Assembly: GCF_001194135.2 (NCBI RefSeq)
Contig: NC_068981.1
Location: 91,702,801 to 91,749,879 of the forward strand
DNA: 47,079 bases
From: Octopus bimaculoides
Lineage: Eukaryota
Reading direction: 5' to 3'
Shown here: piece by piece, positions 38,621-47,079 of the stretch
How the letters are laid out: each line of letters begins with the position of its first letter
Numbering within the stretch: the first letter of the stretch is position 1
Made by a program: the position numbers and the translations under genes
The notes under the pieces: model-generated
Databases searched by the model: none
What the model saw: the letters and a program-made list of their open reading frames with translations, nothing else
Told to the model about the DNA's origin: nothing

Positions 38621-39504
38621 TGAGGTGATCCCATAAATAATGCGGATGGGAGCGAGATAAACTACTTGCATCAACTTGCTATAAAAGCAGGTAGTAATTT
38701 AACCTTATCTTTATTATTAGTGCACATTTTGAAGAGTGCAGTTCAATTTTAACAGTTATGTTTTCAAAGCTGTAATGGAAGTGACAAAGGAGTATAATTG
38801 GCATACATTCCTTTATGAGTTCAATAAAAGCAACAATGCAATGGAAAGTGCCAGGAATATTAATGCAGTATATGGGGATTGGACGATAAGCGTAGGCCAG
38901 TGTCAACGGTGGTTCCAGAAATTCCGAGCAGTCAGCTACAACCTAGAGGATGGGCCTCGTCCTGGAAGATCTGTAGAGTTCGATTAGGACATCCTGCAGA
39001 CCCTGGTGGAACAAAATCCCATCGTAACTGTTGACAGACTAGCAGAGAAGCTTGGATTTGGTCGTTCAACCAGTCATTCAAGTCAACGTTAGAAAAAAAA
39101 CGACCATCTTTATTTTCAACACGAAAGGTGTACTTCCTCGGCCACATACAGCGAGGGTGTTATTTCAAAGGCTAGAGCAGTTTGGGTGGGAAACGATGCC
39201 CCCACCCACTATATTCGTCGGATATTGCCCCATCTGATTATCATTTATTCCGCAGTCTTCAAAATTATTTGGACGGAAAAAATATGAATTTTGTAGACGA
39301 AGTCAGAACTGTACTGGAGGAGTATTTTTCATCACAAACGTGTGAATTTTGGAAGAAAGGCCTTGCAAATCTACCTGTTAGATGGAAAAGCATTGTAGAA
39401 AATGAAGGAGAGTATATTTTAGATTAAAAACGGACTTTGTTTATCTTAATCTTGAAAAATTAAACAAGTAAAAAATAATGCATCATTTACGAGATGACCC
39501 ACGA
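38621..39504 (+). mobile_element. Internally deleted mariner relic (~884 bp), second subfamily
   Basis: Degenerate TIRs (GGTGATCCCATAAATAATGC vs GGTCATCTCGTAAATGATGC) with TA flanks. N-terminal HTH region MEVTKE...RPGRS and C-terminus YSSDIAPSDYHLFRSLQN...GEYILD* are present; the first catalytic Asp region and HDNA are missing. Confidence 0.92.
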
Positions 39505-39985
39505 TATCTTCAGTTCAAGTTTTGAATACAACGTACATTGTAACAGAAACTGTTATGTTATTTTTTCCAGCAGTATGACAATGGTTTACATCATCGTAAC
39601 AATATAAGCGTACTTGTATTGGAGTGTGTAAACACCTCAAGGGACTATCCATTTTCGGAAATCTGAGGTGACTAATGCAGGATTCACGAAGTGTCTAATG
39701 ATACGTAGTCTACCATAGTATTTTTGCGTTTAATTCCAGGAGCAACGATATGATATGCCTCTGAAGATAACATAGAGATTGATAAGCATACTACATTGCT
39801 GAAATTTAACGAGATGCATATAACTTCTCCTTCATATATAACTTAATATATAATTATTCCATGGGTGTTACCTGTCATCTCACCGGTAACTTTGGAAGCG
39901 TATTTTTGTCACTATGAGAAATATCACAGAATAAATCATACATATAAACATACATACAAACATACAATATCAAAAACAACAACGA

Positions 39986-40204
39986 TAATAATGGTTACAA
40001 ATCTTGTCACAAGGGTAAACATTTTGGAGGAGGAGATGAGTCGATTACATTGACTCCAGTGTTCAACTGGTACTTATTTTATCGATCTCGAAAAGATGAA
40101 AGGCAAAGTCGACTTCGACGGAATTTGAACTCAGAACGTAGCGACGGGTGAAATACCGCTAGGCATTTCGTCCAGTATGCTAACGATTCTGCCAGATCAC
40201 CGTT
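39986..40204 (-). mobile_element. SINE family B copy
   Basis: Contains GAAAGGCAAAGTCGACTTCGACGGAATTTGAACTCAGAACG and TGCTAACGATTCTGCCAG; the head abuts (AAC)n. Confidence 0.88.
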
Positions 40205-40206
40205 CT

Positions 40207-40227
40207 AACAACAACAACAACAACAAC

Positions 40228-40281
<54 letters not shown>
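40207..40281. repeat. (AAC)n(AAT)n microsatellite followed by gap 40282-40747
   Basis: Seen directly. Confidence 0.95.
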
Positions 40282-40748
40282 NNNNNNNNNNNNNNNNNNN
40301 NNNNNNNNNNNNNNNNNNNNNNNNNNNNNNNNNNNNNNNNNNNNNNNNNNNNNNNNNNNNNNNNNNNNNNNNNNNNNNNNNNNNNNNNNNNNNNNNNNNN
40401 NNNNNNNNNNNNNNNNNNNNNNNNNNNNNNNNNNNNNNNNNNNNNNNNNNNNNNNNNNNNNNNNNNNNNNNNNNNNNNNNNNNNNNNNNNNNNNNNNNNN
40501 NNNNNNNNNNNNNNNNNNNNNNNNNNNNNNNNNNNNNNNNNNNNNNNNNNNNNNNNNNNNNNNNNNNNNNNNNNNNNNNNNNNNNNNNNNNNNNNNNNNN
40601 NNNNNNNNNNNNNNNNNNNNNNNNNNNNNNNNNNNNNNNNNNNNNNNNNNNNNNNNNNNNNNNNNNNNNNNNNNNNNNNNNNNNNNNNNNNNNNNNNNNN
40701 NNNNNNNNNNNNNNNNNNNNNNNNNNNNNNNNNNNNNNNNNNNNNNNT

Positions 40749-40974
40749 ATAATAAAAAAATATTCAGACAAATACATAACAAAAACACCAGGACTTACAA
40801 ATATATATAACACACAGAAAATTGCACTACTGGGTACTGCACACATTCTACGCAAAACACTTTCAATACAGTAAACACAAGAGCACCACAGCAAACCACA
40901 GCACATACCCAAGGCGCACAGAGCTGCGCTCGGTAGTGAAGTGAAAGCACGTTATAAAAATAAAACTACTGAAC

Positions 40975-41010
<36 letters not shown>
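40749..41010 (+). mobile_element. 3' end of an R4/Dong-type non-LTR retrotransposon with (AAT)n tail or target
   Basis: 40749-40874 translates IIKKYSDKYITKTPGLTNIYNTQKIALLGTAHILRKTLSIQ*, matching the QK..LLGTA.ILRK C-terminal motif. A 100-bp 3' UTR has a GCGCA/TGCGC hairpin and is followed by (AAT)12. Confidence 0.8.
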
Positions 41011-41011
<1 letters not shown>

Positions 41012-43029
41012 TAACTTATATCTATGAAAGTCCGTTGTACATATACAAGTTGAGGACATGACTGTTACTTTTGAAAAGTATTACTCAGTCATTTTCCCCC
41101 ACTCCGCTTCCCCTCCTCCTCCTCCCCTCCTCCCCTTCCTCCTCATCTTCAATGTCATCCTTGTCGTCTTCTGTCTCTACCTCTTTTGCTATGAATGTGC
41201 TTCTGTGTGCGCAGCCTTCCTTTACACATTGCCTAGTGTGTACACTCAATCTGCTTTTATTTTAACTCTTTCAGTGATCTGTCCCTCTCTATATATTATG
41301 TATAGCTTGACTAGGAAATATAAGCAAATGAGCAAGCGGCCAGTATTGATACCGGCTGTCATTTAATAGAGAGAGTTTGAGGAAATTAAGAAGCAAATAC
41401 AAACTTCTAGAACCACGGTCCCATTAATGTACTATATTCTACATGACTGGACAAGAGAAGTTTAATAGAGTTTCTATTGTTACGAATGATGTTGAATATC
41501 TCAAAGAAAATGGTCGAATTTATCTACCTACACAATACGAACCAAAGACAGACCCTCAACTTGGTAAACTGCTCTGCGAGAAATGACATTAAAATGCACT
41601 TTAAACCACGCCCTACCAACCTAAATAAAGATGTCTAGAAAATAGCCTTTCCAGTACACAAAACAAAGGAGATGTGCTTTTAACTGTATGCTATCTTAAT
41701 CAATTCTGAGTGAGGGTTAAACAAAATCAAGAATCATTAGACATATTCACATAAAAGAAAACTATAAAAAGATTGGATATTATCGATTAAATGAATTGAA
41801 AAATACAGCAATATATATTATTCATCTGTACACTTACGATGCATTCAGTGCATTCATAAGATGCATTGTAGACGATTTTTCAATCCCATGTATTTTAAGG
41901 CTTTCAATAAAGAAATGTAATTGAAAATAAATAATCGAATGATTCTTTGAAACATGTTCTTTTGAATTTTTTTTCTAAGAAACAATACAACAATTATTCT
42001 TTGCTAAAAATTGTATATAATTTATGACAATGCTAGCTATGTTCTATTAAAATAAATAGCGTTCATATATCCACTGCTCTTCCTAAGTGAGAGAATAATA
42101 AATACAAAGCAAGTATGGTTTTAGTGCATTTAACACAGACAGCTATTACTAACAGCAATTGTATTTTTTATGAGTGTAAGTAATGCCGATTGTGTTTGAG
42201 AAGCGTTTAGGATAACAAAGGTATTTACAACAATGGCATTTGTTAAGCCATTGAACAGAGTGATATCAGTCAATATCGAACTTGGAAAAATATTTAGGTC
42301 TAGTGTAACAAAGATCTAAATCTTACACCTAAGCAAGTATTTGATTAATTTCTAAAATACAGGTCCATAAAATGACACTCAAACACATGCATATGTACGT
42401 ACACACATACACACACAAACACACACACATATATACACACACACATGAGTATATATACATACGTACATTAATACGAATATGTGTTGGCTTATGTGTATAA
42501 GCGTGTGAGTATGTGAATATCTATATACGTATATAAACAATAAATTAAAGAGAGAAATAAAATTGGCAATCTAATAATTTATTTATATTATAATATAACA
42601 TAATATGCTATGAGCATAATATAAGATAACATAAACAATTATTAAAAAACCAAAAAGGCCAACAATTTGTTTCGACTTATATAAATTTTTTAATATATAA
42701 ACAATTTAATTCCTTTATATAAGCCTCATTAGAGCCAATGGTTTGAAGATAGACGAAATTCCGTGTGAAAGGACGACAATATTGTAAAAAAAACATTAAT
42801 TCAAATGGTTATGCATTATGAGCGTGAGCATTGGCCATTCAACTACACATCAATTATAATTAAAAACAACAAAATCATAACAGACAAAATAATTAAGTAA
42901 GTAGAATCTACAACTATCGAAATATATTTCTATATATCTCAAATAATATTAAGACAATCTTTCGCTTTTGTAATAACATACAAATATAATACATATGTAT
43001 ATAATTAAGTATCAGGGTCTTACTTAATC

Positions 43030-43115
43030 TAGAAACTGTAATTGGAATCGATGTAGTTGCTTCACCTCTTACTCCAAAGTTTTTAGACTTGTGCCAACAT
43101 TTTAAATCGATACAT
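43030..43115 (+). mobile_element. Old 3' fragment of SINE family B
   Basis: ATCGATGTAGTTG...CTTGTGCCAACATTTTAAATC resembles the family B tail. Confidence 0.45.
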
Positions 43116-44580
43116 TACATAATTATGATTATATGAATCATGAGGCCCAGTGGATTACAAAACCTCTTGTGTTTCATCGCAAAAGGAACTGGAAAAACGA
43201 ACTCTCTCCTCTTTTATCGGTGTTGGAACGGAACTAAAAATACCAGAGAACGATGGCGATAACGAATTAATGATAATCCAGATAACTATCCAAGGAATTT
43301 ATTTTCTATTTATATATATCTAGGTTCAACTATGTTAAAATACGGCATTTGAAAGATACATGCGCGCGAAAGTGCAAGTATACAGGATGATGGAATCAGA
43401 AATAAACTTATTTTGGTGGACGTCTAGTCATGACCGAGTAAGACCACTTCCTATTCTGAATAAGTCAATGCAAAAGTTTTAAGAGTTCAAGAAGTTTCTG
43501 TGCGTGAATTTATTTTGAATGAATAAAATAATGCACAACAGTGAAATCACTCTTCAGTGCCATAACACCAGCGATACAACACAGGTTGAGACGACCAAAA
43601 ACCAAATGCATTTCAAGCTTTTTATATGAGATTATCTTCTAGAAGAAATTTCTAATGAGAAAGCATTCCTTCATTCCCAGTACGTTATATGCTACTCAAC
43701 CCATAGCTGGCACCCTAACTATGAGCTACTCCAGTTCATAGCATATCCGATCCGGGAACAATGAGTAAGAAGTGGTTCCACAGTCTTGAAAATTCTGGAG
43801 CTCCCATACCAGTGTCCCCGCTACCGGTTGCTGTTTAAATTCAAACTCAGGACTTAGAGATATGCATATACTTTTACATACATATAGACAAATATAACAT
43901 AGTCAGCAGATAAAAGCCAGATATACTCCATGTACAAAAGATGTAAAAAGTAATAAAAGAAGAAGAAACAGAAAATTAGAAAGAGAAAGAGAAAAATAGA
44001 TAGAGGTAGAGGGTAAGATGATTTGGAAGTTGGCGCTCCTAAAAATTATTTAACGAATGTTAGATACTTCATTAGATTGCAAACGCACACATTTTAAAAC
44101 GACATGCATATCTACGTAAATACAAACGACACGCATACAAATATAGAAATAAACATATACGTAAATATATATATATAAGTCTAAATTTGTAAAACAGTCG
44201 ATGGCTTTCTTAAAAGTCGGATCTAAAATATAAAATGTGAAGTCAAAATATGCAGTAGCATTATAATACAAAAATAACTATGTATAAGGTTTAAAACCAA
44301 ATTCAAATGCGAAGGTCAAAATATTTCCGAAAGTCAAAAATTTATACCCAGACGGTATTTTTCGATTGACATTTTAAATCTCGCAGTTTGACTGCAGGAA
44401 TTTAAGAATTCGTGTCTCTAGTTCAATGCATGTTTATCCTGGAACAGGATGAAATACTTTTCTGGGTGGTGAAAATTACACTTCATAGATCTTCTATAAG
44501 CTTTATATTTGTATGGTGATGCTTTTAACAAAATTGCCCAACTGATACTGAAACGACGGGTACCGTTTTCCTTCAATTAC

Positions 44581-44694
44581 CAAACATATTTTGCAACACT
44601 ATTTTAGGGGTATCCGGAAGAATTTCGGTGGGAATAAAACCGAGTCTTGAATGGATTTCTTGTTCAAAAGAGAGTCCACGATACATCTCTGCTG
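44581..44694 (-). CDS. Candidate 114-nt internal exon (phase 1-1), AEMYRGLSFEQEIHSRLGFIPTEILPDTPKIVLQNMF
   Basis: Strong acceptor cttcacctttctttttattttcaag, donor TTG|GTAATT, single fully open frame, symmetric phase, protein-like composition. Protein not recognised. Confidence 0.7.
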
Positions 44695-45764
44695 CTTGAA
44701 AATAAAAAGAAAGGTGAAGTGCCTGTTTGTGTGTGTATGAAATTTAGCCCTTTTTTGCAAACCAGAAAAAAGGATTTGACTTTAAGAAGATACAATGAAA
44801 TACCTTTCAGAAGAGGAAGCAGACTGCATCAAGTGAAAAATAAATGCGACAGATAATTACCACTCAAGGAAAAACCATTTAAGTGCTTGTGCCACTATAA
44901 CTCTCATCGCTAGAAAGAAAGCGTAACTATGAATATATATTCAAGTGATGCCCATTAAGTTAAGTCAATGAAACTAGTTTGATCATTTTACAGGTCTCAA
45001 GAAGAGGATGTACCTTTCGGCAGGATAAATTACTGTCAAGCCTTTTAATTTCTAATATCCATGAAACTGGAGCAACACTGTTTTCTATAAAGAACGAAGA
45101 CAAAATTCTGCATTCTTTGAACTAACAGATCATTTGGTCGTGATAATAAATCAGTAACCTTATCGAAGGAACATATTCATTTTTATCTAGTTCTCGCTAT
45201 TTTCAACTGCATTTTGCGAATTATATCTTTGTTCGAAAGGATATTTACTTAACATGCTAGACATAAAATAAATTTCGTGGGACGTCATTATTTTCTTTCG
45301 TTGTAACACTATACAGCGAGCTAATTGCAAATCATCTCTTTGCAACAGTTCGATTACTTCACACGCAAAAATATGCTGATTTTTGTTTCTAGAAAGTATC
45401 AACGACTCAACAAATCACAGCTATCTAGAAGCGCCATTAATAACTGTAGAATATGTAAACGCTTTATATTCTGTTCAGAAGACAAAACTAATGGTGATGT
45501 TAGAGGTGTATGATATACCCCACGAGATAAATGATGCGATCGAATAACTCTTCATATATACTTTTTTGTCTTATTACATCTGATCATATAACAGAGATCG
45601 TTCATGTGTAATTTTAGGATTCTTCGAAATGATAATGTAGTATATTTCCATTTTATCTTTTGTTTATCATTACATGTTTCAAGTGTCTGTAATTAAAGTA
45701 AATAGGAAAGGGATTTTGTCTTCGCCAATAAAGTGCTTTGCAACGACTTATATTACTACTCACT

Positions 45765-45914
45765 TCATGTATGTTTGTATGCAAGTATGTATGTATGTTT
45801 ATATGCAGCATGCATGCATCTATGCAAGTTGCTACGTACGTACGTACGTATGTATGTATGTATATATGTATGTATGTATGTATGTAATGTATGTATGTAT
45901 GTATGTATGTATGT
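45765..45914. repeat. (TATG)n/(TACG)n microsatellite
   Basis: Seen directly. Confidence 0.95.
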
Positions 45915-45918
45915 ATAA

Positions 45919-46982
45919 GATCTTTACACTGATAATTGCGATTTCGTAACGCACACTGAAGGAGACCTGCAGCTTTTGATAGTCTGCTTTTCAACTGCCT
46001 GTTACGAGTATGAACTTACAAAAAGATCTAAGGCCGTAGTCATTCTACAGCCAGAACTAGGTAAGCCATATATCCCACTGTCGATATACGTCAAGGGTAA
46101 AACGTTAAAATTCGGGGATATGTTTGTACAATATAGCAGCAAACTATGTAAATTTAATGCATTAAACGAGATCGGTTTTATATTTTCTAATGTCGGTGAC
46201 GCTTTTAGAGAATTTGAATCGAGGATGTGATTGCGATTCGACGAACTATACTTGCCAAGTATTCTAACGACCTCGAGAATATCTCAAGTATCTAATACAA
46301 GATCACTGAAGTGGGCAAAAATTTCAAGCGTCGAGTCCATGATTATGAAACACAATCATAGATGTTCTGCTCATTTTGTCCAAGTAGAGGACGCTCGCAT
46401 GCCTAAGCAAGTGTTGTGTGGGGAGCTTAGCCATGGAAAACGTCCCCAGTGTAAATACTGGCAGCGTTTTAAAAGGAATCTTAAAGACACGCTTATAAAA
46501 GAGATTAGTATTGATACTACCACACGGGAAGCTATTCTATAAATCAGAGAGCCGTGGAGGAATCTAATTGCTACTGGAGCTAAAGAATTCGAGAAAAGTA
46601 GATATGCATAAACTCAGTTAAAAGATGCTTCTTAATACATGGAAGATGTGAGCCCTTTACCTGAGAAAGGCACGAAAAACTCTATTACGTGTAATCGTAT
46701 CTATCACTGAAAAGCAGACCTACTCAGCCACAAGCAAAGGCAAGTGTTTGCTCCCGTGTACCAGTGTTCCAGTGTGTTCTATCTTGCAGCTTGTATACTA
46801 GAGTGTGTGTTTCAGTCAATGGACTCACTCCACAAATTAGGTCCCAAAATCCAGGTGGTGAGGCTGCTAACCGAAACCTAATTTGTAAAGGATGTGGAAT
46901 GATTTGTTGAGTTCTTGCAGGCATCAGGAACGATATAAGATTTCATCAGCAATGGAGAGACCAAATGTCAGATGAGAGTTAA
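45919..46982 (+). mobile_element. 5'-truncated, decayed RTE-clade LINE with C-terminal C2H2 finger remnants
   Basis: LYTDNCD (decayed YADD), DLQLLIVCFSTAC, GKPYIPLSIYV, RMPKQVLCGELSHGKRP, WRNLIATG, then TCNRIYH*KADLLSH and CKGCGMIC*VLAGIRNDIRFH. Confidence 0.9.
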
Positions 46983-47079
46983 TTGAGTCTAAGAAATGAT
47001 CTCACTGTTTTCTGAGTTGAAATCTACTATGTATGCATGTATGTTTGTCTATAATATTTTTTTTGCATCATTATCTCCA

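Overview
AT-rich animal genomic DNA from a draft scaffold with N-gaps. The repeat families (tRNA-SINEs, mariners, RTE/CR1/Penelope/R4 relics) and very dense di-, tri- and tetranucleotide microsatellites suggest an octopus or other cephalopod; this is inferred from repeat content only. Nearly all ORFs in the supplied track are artefacts of microsatellites, gaps or decayed transposons. No intact long CDS, rRNA, true tRNA gene or CRISPR array is visible. The window looks like large introns of a minus-strand gene. The best exon candidates are 44581-44694 and 28175-28219; weaker, phase-compatible ones are 35278-35386 and 32875-32971. The introns hold about 12 SINE copies from 4 families, two mariner relics and a mariner MITE, LINE fragments of four clades, a probable solo LTR and three foldback/MITE structures. 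The most unusual items are: (1) a tRNA-Arg-headed short element whose 3' part is a Penelope-type minimal hammerhead ribozyme (774-968); (2) a 954-bp foldback element with an exact 8-bp TSD carrying telomeric TTAGGG repeats and a G-quadruplex motif (25834-26787); (3) a young inverted SINE pair bracketing three candidate exons, a circRNA/ADAR-substrate geometry; (4) an R4/Dong-type element sitting in an (AAT)n microsatellite.
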